Source: Bdellovibrionales bacterium (GTDB lineage Bacteria > Bdellovibrionota > Bdellovibrionia > Bdellovibrionales > UBA1609). From it: a stretch of 64,000 nt of DNA. The position numbers were made by a program, and so were the translations under genes. Below, in pieces: positions 17,272 through 26,805 of this stretch (position 1 is the first letter of the stretch; each line of letters starts with the position of its first letter). The notes under the pieces are model-generated. The model saw only the letters and a program-made list of their open reading frames with translations. It did not search any database and was not told the origin of the DNA. The stretch covers positions 66,494 to 130,493 of the forward strand of contig JAPPLG010000019.1 of the NCBI GenBank assembly GCA_028819545.1, read 5' to 3'.

Positions 17272-20202
17272 GTGTTTAAACTATCTTTAACTTTTATTTT
17301 GGCTGTATTTGTTCTGCAAGGAGTGTATGCGGAAGATTCGGATATTGAAAGATTCACCGTTACAGGATCTCATATTAAAAGACTGGATCAGGAAGGAACA
17401 ACTCCTATTACAACTATTGATAGAGAGCAGCTTGACTTTTCTGGGGCCAGCTCTTTGGCAGATGTGATTCGTGATTTAAGTTTTGCCAGTTTTGGTGTGA
17501 GTCGAAAATATACTTTGTCAGATAAAAATGGAGGATCATCAGCTTCTTTTAGAGGCCTGCCTAAAGGTTATGTTTTAATATTAATTAATGGAAGAAGAAT
17601 GGCGAATCCGGATCATGATATTAATTTAATTCCGATGTCTGCAATAGAAAAAGTAGAGATTATTAAAGACGGAGCTTCAGCAATCTATGGGTCAGATGCC
17701 ATAGGCGGTGTGATTAACTTTATTACCAAAAGAGGAGATATTGGAGAAACTTTTTCTGTTGGTCTTTACTTGCCTGAACCTTTTGTGCTTCCTAAACAAG
17801 CTCTAAAATTTCAAGGCTGGAAGTCTGAAGAGTGGAAAGATCTTGATAAATTTAAAAACAATATTTTTGGTTTTAAAGGTGGAGAAGAACTAAAATTTGA
17901 TTATACTTATGGTTGGACAGGGGATAATCATCAGACTTTACTAAGTGTGACCGGAAGACTTCAAGAAAATATTTGGATGCAAGATCGTCCTTTTTCAGCA
18001 ATAAACACTGATGATGTATCTTCCTTTGTAAAACACGGAAGCCCTGGTTCTTATGCATTGGGTGGCGGAAGTTTGATGCCTATGAATGATTGTCCTGATA
18101 ATCAAAGAAAAGATGGAGATTGTAAATTTAATCATGCTCCAACCATGCAGTTAGCGCCTAGGGTTGGTTCTTTAGGTTTATTTCTAACAACAGACAGGGA
18201 TATTAATGACGATATGAGTTTATATGCTTCAGGCCTTTTTTCTTATGAGTATTCGAAAGGGCAATTGGCTCCGTCTCCAGACGATATAGTGAAAGAAGAA
18301 ACTGTGAATGTATTAAATACTTTAGGTAAAGATGGTCCTTCACTTTGGAATAACTGGGCAACAGCTTTGGAAAAGGAGAGTAACCTTGGTTTATCACAAT
18401 TAAGTGCATTAAGGTACCGTATGGTGGATGAAAGTGATGGGGAAGGGCGTTTACAGAGCTCGAATCTTATAACAATGAACCTACAGGCAGAGTTAGAAAC
18501 TTATCTTTCAGACAGTTGGAGTGCTCTTGCATACATCAGTAGTGGCAATTATGTCTCCTTAGACAGAAATGGCAATTACTTTAAACTCAGCGAGCTTTTT
18601 GCTCTTCGTGAAGATGGCTTGGCAAAATGGAATCCTTTTAGAACAGATCGAACTCAAAATGATGTGGGTGATGCAAAATATACTACTGAACGTGATGAGT
18701 ATTATTCTGTTAATGTACTGGAGCTAACAGCTTCTGGTGAAATGCTTCCTTTAGGAAGATTTGGAGCTTTAAGTTCTGCTTTTGGCATCAGAGGGGCTTA
18801 CGAGCTTTGGACTGTTGAAGTGGATGAAGATACTTATAATAAAGATTTAAAAGTTGCAAATCAATGGGGCGGGGGCTCTGGTATTGTAGGTGGGGGGAAT
18901 CGTGCTTACAGTACAGCCTACACAGAATTTGTTTTGCCTATGCAGTTGAGTGAATATAGTTCTTTAGAGATACAGTTGGCTGGTAGTTTTGACTGGTATC
19001 AATATGCGGGTATTGCTCAACATGATTCTCTATTTGGAAAAGAATTGCCTTTTAAACTCCCTGTTACTCCAAAACTGTCTGCCAAATGGAATATTTTAGA
19101 TTTCAATATCAGAGGTTCTTGGGGTAAGGGATATAAAGCTCCGGATGTAGGTATTGTCCATTTGGATCACACAAAAGATCATCCTTATGGTGTGGATTAT
19201 TACCAATGTAGGGATGTAGCAAAAGAAAACTGTAAGCAAGCAGGTAATCAATATGAAATGTTTTATTATGGTAATAAAGATCTAAAGCCTGAACATTCAG
19301 AATTTTTAAATCTTGGAGTAACTTTTGAGCCTTCCTCAAACTTAATGCTTTCTTTAGATTATTTCAGAAATGAAATAAAAGGTAGAATTATTAAACCCCA
19401 ATTGAAAGATATTCTTGAAATGCAGACCTATCATCCTGAAAACTTTCCAGCATTTGCGGCAAAAAATAATATAGTTGTTGAAAGAATTGGAGATGGGAGT
19501 CTTCGAAAGATTGATACGAAATACTATAACTTTGGGGATTATAAGTCTCAAGGGCTTGAAGCTAATTTAGCTCTTAGATATCCTGTTTTAACTTCACATA
19601 CAGCTTTCTTGGATTTTCAGACTGTGTACTTTATTGATACTTTTGTTAAGCGTCCTTATTTGGATGAAGATTATATTAGTAAACTTGGGGGTTGGGCTTA
19701 TCCTGCTTATAAAGCACTTGTGCAAGTAGGTATGCAGTACAAAAATGGATTAAAATGGGCTTTAACTTCTCAGTGGGTCAGTCAGTTTAATGACAGTAGT
19801 AGCTCAGAAAGTGCTCCGGATACTGGTTTGGAAAAATTAAATAAATGGGTTAAGAAAAATGTGCTTAATAAAGATGTTACAGAAGGTGTTGAGGCTTGCT
19901 ACACTGAAAGTGCTTGTAAAGCTAATCCAAAGGCTATTGCTCAGGTGCCGGCTCATGTTACTTTTGATCTCACTATTGATACTCCTCTTTCTGCCCTGAA
20001 CAGCTCTTGGAGTTCTAAATCAAGTGTGTTGTTTAGAATTGAAAATATTCTAAATACAGTAACTCCCGATAGTAGAATTATACCTGGAGGTAACCAACAA
20101 CAGACAGTAACAAACGTCAGTGCAATGGGCTTTCAACCAAATGGGATGTATAGTGGAATTAATGGCAGAGCTTGGCAGGTACGATACACTCACAAGTTTT
20201 AG
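17272..20202 (+). CDS. TonB-dependent outer-membrane receptor (976 aa)
   Basis: Signal peptide, TonB-box-like ERFTVTGSHIKR, plug motifs (IRGLP-like FRGLPKGYVLILINGRR, IEKVEIIKDGASAIYGSDAIGGVINFITK) and C-terminal aromatic residue ...RYTHKF. GTG start. Confidence 0.85.
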   Translation: MFKLSLTFILAVFVLQGVYAEDSDIERFTVTGSHIKRLDQEGTTPITTIDREQLDFSGASSLADVIRDLSFASFGVSRKYTLSDKNGGSSASFRGLPKGYVLILINGRRMANPDHDINLIPMSAIEKVEIIKDGASAIYGSDAIGGVINFITKRGDIGETFSVGLYLPEPFVLPKQALKFQGWKSEEWKDLDKFKNNIFGFKGGEELKFDYTYGWTGDNHQTLLSVTGRLQENIWMQDRPFSAINTDDVSSFVKHGSPGSYALGGGSLMPMNDCPDNQRKDGDCKFNHAPTMQLAPRVGSLGLFLTTDRDINDDMSLYASGLFSYEYSKGQLAPSPDDIVKEETVNVLNTLGKDGPSLWNNWATALEKESNLGLSQLSALRYRMVDESDGEGRLQSSNLITMNLQAELETYLSDSWSALAYISSGNYVSLDRNGNYFKLSELFALREDGLAKWNPFRTDRTQNDVGDAKYTTERDEYYSVNVLELTASGEMLPLGRFGALSSAFGIRGAYELWTVEVDEDTYNKDLKVANQWGGGSGIVGGGNRAYSTAYTEFVLPMQLSEYSSLEIQLAGSFDWYQYAGIAQHDSLFGKELPFKLPVTPKLSAKWNILDFNIRGSWGKGYKAPDVGIVHLDHTKDHPYGVDYYQCRDVAKENCKQAGNQYEMFYYGNKDLKPEHSEFLNLGVTFEPSSNLMLSLDYFRNEIKGRIIKPQLKDILEMQTYHPENFPAFAAKNNIVVERIGDGSLRKIDTKYYNFGDYKSQGLEANLALRYPVLTSHTAFLDFQTVYFIDTFVKRPYLDEDYISKLGGWAYPAYKALVQVGMQYKNGLKWALTSQWVSQFNDSSSSESAPDTGLEKLNKWVKKNVLNKDVTEGVEACYTESACKANPKAIAQVPAHVTFDLTIDTPLSALNSSWSSKSSVLFRIENILNTVTPDSRIIPGGNQQQTVTNVSAMGFQPNGMYSGINGRAWQVRYTHKF

Positions 20203-20248
20203 GGGGAGAGTTTTTTAATTGGTTAATAAAAATTAAAGGAGTTTTGGA

Positions 20249-20518
20249 ATGGTAAAGATAAGTATTTTAGCGGTAATGATGTTTACTGCTGGTATAGTCT
20301 TTGGCGGGCAAAATATATCCTGTACTTTTTCAGGAGAAAATAAGGGAACTTATACGGCGTTCTTTAATGATGAAGAAGCAGATGATCTTTATCATCAGAT
20401 TGGTGATCTACAGGCAAGGGAAAAAATCACAATAGACAGTGCTTCACAACAATCGGTGGGACTGCCGTGCCGCAGTGTTGGTCAAGGTGGTGATTTGATT
20501 TGCACAGAAGTGCCGTAA
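20249..20518 (+). CDS. Small secreted Cys-containing protein, paralogue A (89 aa)
   Basis: Signal peptide. The mature N-terminal half is identical to paralogue B and the C-terminal third is unrelated. AGGAG upstream of the ATG. Confidence 0.6.
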   Translation: MVKISILAVMMFTAGIVFGGQNISCTFSGENKGTYTAFFNDEEADDLYHQIGDLQAREKITIDSASQQSVGLPCRSVGQGGDLICTEVP

Positions 20519-20569
20519 ATAAAAAGATAAATTGGTTGTTTTAAAATATAATAAAAAGGGGGTTTTAAA

Positions 20570-20827
20570 ATGATAAAAACAAGTATTTTAGCAGTATTGA
20601 TGTTTACTGCTGGCACAGTCTTGGGCGGGCAAAGTATATCCTGTACTTTTTCAGGAGAAAATAAGGGAACTTATACGGCGTTCTTTAATGATGAAGAAGC
20701 AGATGATCTTTATCATCAGATGGGTGATCTACAGGCAAGAGAGGAAGCCCTGTCTCGAAAATCTGATTCTGACACTCATTTTTATGACTTGTGTGTATTT
20801 ACTGGGACTCAGAGACTCTGTCCTTAA
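20570..20827 (+). CDS. Small secreted Cys-containing protein, paralogue B (85 aa)
   Basis: Same as paralogue A. 20635-20721 is nucleotide-identical to 20314-20400. GGGGG upstream of the ATG. Confidence 0.6.
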   Translation: MIKTSILAVLMFTAGTVLGGQSISCTFSGENKGTYTAFFNDEEADDLYHQMGDLQAREEALSRKSDSDTHFYDLCVFTGTQRLCP

Positions 20828-20966
20828 AACAGTTGTAATGTGATTAAAAAAATTTTTTAGGAAGGAAAAGTATTCCTAAGTGTATAGGGATTTTTATAGA
20901 TTTTGAATGATTATGACCTGTACATCCCTAGCTTTTTTCAAACCTATTGAATGAAAAAGAGATTTT

Positions 20967-21968
20967 GTGTTGAAACTTTTGTTTTGTTTATTTTTATTGT
21001 TTCCTGTTTCCTCTTATGCAGAGGAGACCGCTGATTCTGTTATCAAAGCTCAAGCAGGAAATGATAGAGAGGCGGCTCGTTCTCAAGAGCGTATTTCCAG
21101 AATAGTTGATCAGAAACAAAATATTGTAGAAAAGTATCGGGAAACTCTAAAAGAAATTGATGAAGCCCGTGAGCATATTGAACAATATAGAAAACTTATT
21201 GAAGATCAAAAAAAAGAAAAAGTTTCTATTCGAAATCAAATCTATGAAATCGAAGATACAGATAAAAAAATTATTCCTCTTATGCTGGAAATGCTGAAAT
21301 CCCTGGAAAATTTTGTTCAACTGGATATTCCTTTTCTAAAAGAAGAAAGAGCTAAAAGAATACAGGATTTAAAATCCATGATGGATCGATCGGATGTAAC
21401 CACTTCAGAAAAATATCGAAGAATTTTAGAAGCCTATACCATTGAAAATGCCTATGGACGTTCAGTAGAGGTTTATCGGGATCTGCAAGAGGTGGATGGA
21501 AAAGAGCTGACTGTGGATGTACTTCGAATAGGACGTATCAGTCTTATTTATCAAACTCTTGATGGTGAAAAAGGGGCCTACTGGTCCAAAAATCAAAAAC
21601 AATGGATAGAATTACCCTCCAGGTATGATAAAGCTGTTGCCTCAGGCATAAAAGTGGCCAGAGAACATGCGGCTCCTAACTTTGTGATTACAATGGTTGC
21701 AGGAGCTGTAGATAGAGCTTTTTCTCTAATGGAAAAAGCAGTTTTGGAAGAAACATCTGATTCAGAAAATGCTAACGGGGAAACAAAAACTGAGAAAAAA
21801 AATAATGAAGAGATAAAAATTGAAGAAGAAAAGAATGAAGAGGTAAGAACTGAAGAGGAAGGTTCTAAAGAAGAAAACCCAGATAATACAGAAAAAAGCA
21901 ATGAAGACACTACTACAGAAAGTGTCGAAGCGGATGAACCATCTAAGACAGCAGGTGAAGATCAATGA
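20967..21968 (+). CDS. Periplasmic coiled-coil protein (DUF3450/TtpB-like) with a long acidic tail; first gene of the TonB2-type cluster
   Basis: Signal peptide and heptad-rich N-terminal half. It sits directly upstream of a long MotA/ExbB gene with an ATGA overlap, as in Vibrio TonB2 clusters. The assignment rests on context and composition only. Confidence 0.5.
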   Translation: MLKLLFCLFLLFPVSSYAEETADSVIKAQAGNDREAARSQERISRIVDQKQNIVEKYRETLKEIDEAREHIEQYRKLIEDQKKEKVSIRNQIYEIEDTDKKIIPLMLEMLKSLENFVQLDIPFLKEERAKRIQDLKSMMDRSDVTTSEKYRRILEAYTIENAYGRSVEVYRDLQEVDGKELTVDVLRIGRISLIYQTLDGEKGAYWSKNQKQWIELPSRYDKAVASGIKVAREHAAPNFVITMVAGAVDRAFSLMEKAVLEETSDSENANGETKTEKKNNEEIKIEEEKNEEVRTEEEGSKEENPDNTEKSNEDTTTESVEADEPSKTAGEDQ

Positions 21969-23299
21969 TAAAGTATTTATTTATTTTTCTTTTCACTTTT
22001 TCTGCTTTAGCTGAAACTACTCCTGCTGTTCAGACGTTAGATGATTTGATGAAGTTAGTGCAGACTGAGAAAATTGAACAAAAAGAAGAGCTAAGAAAAA
22101 GAGAAGCCCAATTTTTAAAAGAAAAAAATCAACAACAAAGACTGCTGAATCAAGCTCAAGTGGAATTAGCCAACTTGGAAAAGGTGCGGAAACAATTAAT
22201 TAGTGAATACAATGAACATGAAAAAGAAATTCAGGTGTTAAATAATGAATTGCAAATTGTTATTGGCACTCTTGGAGATATCTTTGGTGTTGTAAAGCAG
22301 GTCTCAGGCGAATTTCTTGGAAATCTTTCCAAGTCTGTGGTTTCTGCAGAAATTACAGATAGAGACGAATTTTTAAATCATCTGATGGATCAGAAAAGGC
22401 AACCGAATATCAATGAACTTCGAAGACTTTGGCTTGAGCTTCAATTGGAAATGACAGAGTTAGGGCAGGTTAGAAAATTTGAAGGTCAAGTGGTGTTGGA
22501 AGATGGAACAAAAGTGGATCGCACTATCACTCGCGTTGGAGGATTTAATCTTGTGAGTGAAGGAGAATATCTAACGTATCAAAGTGATACGTCTCAGATT
22601 ATGGCTCTTTCCAAACAGCCGCAAGGCAGTTTTCGAAGACCTATAGGAGATCTGGAAGAAGGATCCGGAAAAGAGGAATATCCTTTCTTTGTAGATCCTT
22701 CAAGAGGGGCCCTTCTTTCTATTGAGCTTCGTAAACCCACTCAGATGGATAGAATTCGTCAAGGTGGAGCTATTGGTTATTTGATTATTTTATTCCTCTT
22801 TGTTGGATTGGGAATAGGGGGGTATCGATTTAAGGTTCTAAGAAAAGAAGAATTAAAAATTCAACAGCAGTTAACCAATGATAAACCTAGTGAAGATAAT
22901 CCTCTGGGAAGATTGCGGTTGGCTTTTGAAAAAACACAGGATATGGAAGTTTTGGAAATTAAGATGGAAGAGGTTATTGCAAAGTCCCTGCCAGTCTTTG
23001 AAAAAGGCATCGGGTGGATTCGTATTTTGGCGGCAGTGGCTCCTCTTTGTGGTCTTTTAGGTACAGTTCTTGGGATGATTGAAACTTTCCAATCCATCCA
23101 ACTCTTTGGAACAGGGGATCCCAAGATGATGGCAAGTGGAATTTCCATGGCTTTGGTGACAACTGCTCTGGGATTGATCTGTGCTATTCCTTTGTTGTTT
23201 TTACATACTGTTATTTCAAGTAAATCATCAAACCTCATTCAAACTTTAGAAGAGCAGGCGGCAGGGCTTATAGCTAAGAAAACCTCTAGAGGAGAATAA
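21965..23299 (+). CDS. Long MotA/TolQ/ExbB-family proton channel protein (TtpC-like, 444 aa)
   Basis: N-terminal periplasmic coiled coil plus a C-terminal ExbB core (LAAVAPLCGLLGTVLGMIETF, MASGISMALVTTALGL). Confidence 0.7.
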   Translation: MIKYLFIFLFTFSALAETTPAVQTLDDLMKLVQTEKIEQKEELRKREAQFLKEKNQQQRLLNQAQVELANLEKVRKQLISEYNEHEKEIQVLNNELQIVIGTLGDIFGVVKQVSGEFLGNLSKSVVSAEITDRDEFLNHLMDQKRQPNINELRRLWLELQLEMTELGQVRKFEGQVVLEDGTKVDRTITRVGGFNLVSEGEYLTYQSDTSQIMALSKQPQGSFRRPIGDLEEGSGKEEYPFFVDPSRGALLSIELRKPTQMDRIRQGGAIGYLIILFLFVGLGIGGYRFKVLRKEELKIQQQLTNDKPSEDNPLGRLRLAFEKTQDMEVLEIKMEEVIAKSLPVFEKGIGWIRILAAVAPLCGLLGTVLGMIETFQSIQLFGTGDPKMMASGISMALVTTALGLICAIPLLFLHTVISSKSSNLIQTLEEQAAGLIAKKTSRGE

Positions 23300-23811
23300 T
23301 GGGATTTTTAGATACGATTAACAATTTTTTCCATCAAGGGGGACCGGTCCTATTTTATATTTTTATAGTTGTAGGATTTATGTGCTTTTTTATTGTGGAA
23401 AGAGTTTTTTATTTTACATTTGAGTTTTCTTCTGATTTAAAAAAACCTCTTGAGGAATGGAAAGGCCGAAGTGAAAAAAGATCAAAAATAGCACAAAAAA
23501 TTCGAAGCTTGGAAATTTCCCGTCTTTCAATGTCTTTGGAAGGAAATTTAAGAAACATCAAAATATTAGTGGCTATCTGTCCCCTGTTAGGTCTTTTAGG
23601 TACAGTGACAGGTATGATTTCTGTCTTTGAAGTGATGGCTGAAGTGGGGACAGGTAATGCGCGGTTAATGGCGGGAGGAATTTATATGGCCACTATTCCG
23701 ACAATGGCAGGGATGTTTAGCGCCCTGATAGGATTATACTGTGGCAATCAGTTGGAATCTTATTCTAAAATGAAAAAACAAAAAGTACAGGAACTTTTTT
23801 ACGTGGATTAA
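23299..23811 (+). CDS. exbB: ExbB/TolQ proton channel subunit
   Basis: LVAICPLLGLLGTVTGMISVF and MAGGIYMATIPTMAGM; 170 aa; TAATG overlap with the upstream gene. Confidence 0.8.
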   Translation: MGFLDTINNFFHQGGPVLFYIFIVVGFMCFFIVERVFYFTFEFSSDLKKPLEEWKGRSEKRSKIAQKIRSLEISRLSMSLEGNLRNIKILVAICPLLGLLGTVTGMISVFEVMAEVGTGNARLMAGGIYMATIPTMAGMFSALIGLYCGNQLESYSKMKKQKVQELFYVD

Positions 23812-23814
23812 ATA

Positions 23815-24216
23815 ATGAGAAGAAGATATAGAAAACAGGAAGACTCAGAGATAAATATTACTCCCATGTTGGATGTTGTGTTTATTATGCTTATTTTCTT
23901 TATTGTCACAACATCTTTTGTTAAAGAGTCTGGTATAGATATTTATCGTCCTTCAGCCAAAACGTCAGAGAAAAAAAATCAGGCTTCTATTATGATTGCC
24001 ATTAATTCAGCCGGGGAAATCTGGATGGATCGAAAGAAAGTGGATATTCGTTTTGTTCGGGCAAATGTGGAAAGGCTTCGTGCTGAAAACCCGGAAGGCT
24101 CTGTTGTTATTCAAGCGGATAAAGGTTCAGTCACAGATTTATTGGTGCAGGTTATGGATCAGGTGAGGCTGGCAGGGGTTAAGAAAATCTCTGTTGCGGC
24201 AACCAAGGCACAGTAA
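23815..24216 (+). CDS. exbD: ExbD/TolR biopolymer transport protein
   Basis: EINITPMLDVVFIMLIFFIVTT and ...VVIQADKGSVTDLLVQVMDQVRLAG. Confidence 0.85.
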   Translation: MRRRYRKQEDSEINITPMLDVVFIMLIFFIVTTSFVKESGIDIYRPSAKTSEKKNQASIMIAINSAGEIWMDRKKVDIRFVRANVERLRAENPEGSVVIQADKGSVTDLLVQVMDQVRLAGVKKISVAATKAQ

Positions 24217-24220
24217 AAAA

Positions 24221-24829
24221 ATGAAATTTTTGATGACAAAAAATATGAAAAAAACAGTTATTGTTTTGTCTGCGTTTGTTGGAGCTTTATTGGTTTTTTA
24301 TATGATGGGAAGGTTAATCTCCCGTGACCATGATTTAAGTAAAATCACATCTGCAAATGAGGTTATTGAGTTTTCTATGGTTAGACCTAAATCTATACTT
24401 CAGGAAAAAAAACGAATTCCTAAAAAGAAAGAAAAAATCAAACCCCCTACCCTTAAACCTGTAAAATCTGCGTTAAGCCCTATGACCAAACTGGCAGGTG
24501 TCAATGTCTCTGATTTAATGGAGGGTTTTGGAATGGATGGAGTGGGCTCAGTTGGAAATATTCAGCCTGTTGTTCCTTTTAGTTGTGATTATCCTGAAGG
24601 GGCAAAGGTTAGGAAAACAGAAGGTTGGGTGTTAGTGGAGTTTACAATTACCAAAACAGGGTCTGTCAGGGATGCCTATGTGTTAGAAGCAAATCCTCCA
24701 AATGTTTTTGATCGATCTACTCTAAGATGTGTTTCAAGAGCAAGGTTTCCAGTACAGAAGAGAGAAGGCGTGCCTGTTGCTGTTACAACTAAAAGGTATA
24801 TGGATTTTGTGTTGGAAAAAGAAGAATAA
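24221..24829 (+). CDS. tonB: TonB energy transducer
   Basis: N-terminal TM anchor, K/P-rich linker (KKRIPKKKEKIKPPTLKPVK) and C-terminal TonB domain (EGWVLVEFTITKTGSVRDAYVLEANPPNVFDRSTLRCVSRARF). The ATG at 24221 is preferred over the track start at 24194. Confidence 0.75.
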   Translation: MKFLMTKNMKKTVIVLSAFVGALLVFYMMGRLISRDHDLSKITSANEVIEFSMVRPKSILQEKKRIPKKKEKIKPPTLKPVKSALSPMTKLAGVNVSDLMEGFGMDGVGSVGNIQPVVPFSCDYPEGAKVRKTEGWVLVEFTITKTGSVRDAYVLEANPPNVFDRSTLRCVSRARFPVQKREGVPVAVTTKRYMDFVLEKEE

Positions 24830-24835
24830 TTAAAA

Positions 24836-25192
24836 ATGGCAAGTCATATAAAACATAAAATTATCATCAAAGATTTAACTATTCCGGTGCACTTGGGGAT
24901 GACTATAGAAGAGCAAAAACATTTGCAGGAAGTCAGGTGGACCATTCAATTTACTGCTGTGATAGGCGAAGACCGCAAACCTCTGGTTTGTTATAAGGAG
25001 GTTTCAGATAGAATCAAATCTTATTCTCAAAGTGATAAGTTTTCTTCAATGGAGGAGCTTGTTTTATTTTGTTATGATAAGATAAAAAAAGATTTTCCAA
25101 AAATCAAATCTCTTTCTTTAAATTTACATAAAGTCTCCCCTCCGTTAAAAGACTTGTCAGGGGGAGTTTTTTTCGAGTATGGAGACTGTTAA
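24836..25192 (+). CDS. folB: Dihydroneopterin aldolase
   Basis: 118 aa; IKDLTIPVHLGMTIEEQ fits the FolB N-terminus. It lies directly upstream of folK/folP. Confidence 0.6.
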   Translation: MASHIKHKIIIKDLTIPVHLGMTIEEQKHLQEVRWTIQFTAVIGEDRKPLVCYKEVSDRIKSYSQSDKFSSMEELVLFCYDKIKKDFPKIKSLSLNLHKVSPPLKDLSGGVFFEYGDC

Positions 25193-25220
25193 GGTCTTCG
25201 CTTGAGATGGAGAGATTTTT

Positions 25221-26501
25221 GTGAATATTTATTTAGGCTTAGGCTCTAATGCAGGAGATAGAAAGTCTCATATTTTACAGGCCTTATCTTTATTAAAATC
25301 ATTTGTTCAAATAAAAAAGATATCCTCCTTTTATGAAAACCCTGCTCTTCTTCCGAATCAATATGATTCTTCCTGGAATCGCCCCTTTTTAAATATGGTT
25401 TTAAAAGGAAGAATTTCTCTTGATATAAAAGAGTTCTTTTCTGCTATTCAAAATATTGAAACTCAACTGGGTCGTTTAAAAAATCATCGGAAATGGTCTC
25501 CAAGAACTATTGATATTGATATCTTGGCTGTTGATGAGCTGGAATACAGTGATAAAAATTTAACTATACCTCACCCTTCTTTGATTGAAAGAGATTTTGT
25601 TTTATCTCCTCTTCGGGATATAGAGCCTGATTTGAAAATCAATAATCAATCTATACTTTATTTATGTCGTCATTTAAAAAACAAGCTTCCGGCTTGGATG
25701 GATATTTTAAATGTCACTCCGGATTCTTTTTCAGATGGAGGAGATTTTTTTTATAAAAAAGAAGTGTCTAAAAAAATTAAACATAAAATAGAAGAAAAAA
25801 TTAAAACAGATGAAGCATTTTTTGTTCAATATATAGATGTGGGTGGATATTCCACTCGTCCGGGTGCTTCGGATATTAGTGTTGAAGAAGAATGGTGTCG
25901 TATATCCCCTTTTTTTGAAATTATTAAAGATATAAAACATTTTATGAAAATTAGTGTAGATACTTTTCGAGCAGAGATAGCAAAAAAAGCTCTGGGACAT
26001 GGAGCGGATATGATTAATGATGTTAGCGGTTTGTCAGATTCAAAAATGATTGATTTGCTTAAAGATTCTGATTGTGACTATGTTTTAATGCACAGTTTAG
26101 GTGTTCCTGCAGATAAAAAGATTACTTTTTCTGAAAAACAAGATCCGGTTGAAGAAGTAAAAAATTGGTTGGAACAAAAACTCAATATATTGGAAAAAAA
26201 TCGTATTCATCTTAAACGTGTTATTTTTGATCCGGGGATTGGTTTTGGAAAAACAGCTCAGCAGTCTTTAATTCTTTTGAAAAATATCACTGATTTTATG
26301 AAATATCCTGTTCGTTTAATGCTTGGTCATTCCAGAAAATCTTTTATTGCTGATTTTTCCAAAGTTCAAAATCCTGCTTTGAGAGATTTTGAAAGCATTG
26401 GGATTTCCATGGAGCTTGCTGAAAAGGGTGTGGATATTATTCGTGTGCATGATGCCTCCAAACATGCTCGTGCCTGGCTGGCCCAAAAACATATTTCTTA
26501 A
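25221..26501 (+). CDS. folKP: Bifunctional HPPK / dihydropteroate synthase
   Basis: HPPK motifs: YLGLGSNAGDR, RTIDIDIL, LTIPHP. DHPS motifs: ILNVTPDSFSDGG, DVGGYSTRPGA, INDVSG, DPGIGFGK, IIRVHD. GTG start. Confidence 0.9.
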   Translation: MNIYLGLGSNAGDRKSHILQALSLLKSFVQIKKISSFYENPALLPNQYDSSWNRPFLNMVLKGRISLDIKEFFSAIQNIETQLGRLKNHRKWSPRTIDIDILAVDELEYSDKNLTIPHPSLIERDFVLSPLRDIEPDLKINNQSILYLCRHLKNKLPAWMDILNVTPDSFSDGGDFFYKKEVSKKIKHKIEEKIKTDEAFFVQYIDVGGYSTRPGASDISVEEEWCRISPFFEIIKDIKHFMKISVDTFRAEIAKKALGHGADMINDVSGLSDSKMIDLLKDSDCDYVLMHSLGVPADKKITFSEKQDPVEEVKNWLEQKLNILEKNRIHLKRVIFDPGIGFGKTAQQSLILLKNITDFMKYPVRLMLGHSRKSFIADFSKVQNPALRDFESIGISMELAEKGVDIIRVHDASKHARAWLAQKHIS

Positions 26502-26569
26502 TCATTTTTAAATAGTTTCTTTCTAAAATTTATTTGCAACTGCAGGGGGTTAGTGGTAATTAAAATATT

Positions 26570-26746
26570 GTGAGTATATCTCCTTGGCAGATTGCCCTTA
26601 TTATTTTATTAATTTTGGTTCTTTTTGGAGCTAAAAGGCTTCCAGCTCTTGGTAAATCAATGGGTGAAGCTCTTCGAAATTTTAAAAAAGGTCTGGATGG
26701 TCAAGAAGAATCTAAAAGTGAAGATACTGATCAGAAAGAATCTTAA
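26570..26746 (+). CDS. tatA: Sec-independent (Tat) translocase subunit TatA/E (58 aa; below the ORF-track cutoff)
   Basis: My translation from the GTG at 26570: VSISPWQIALIILLILVLFGAKRLPALGKSMGEALRNFKKGLDGQEESKSEDTDQKES. This is the canonical TatA TM helix, the FGxxxLP motif and an amphipathic helix. Confidence 0.8.
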   Translation: MSISPWQIALIILLILVLFGAKRLPALGKSMGEALRNFKKGLDGQEESKSEDTDQKES

Positions 26747-26805
26747 AACCAACTTATAAATTTAATGGACATATCAACAGGCTTATAGAAAAATAGCAGG
26801 CTCAA

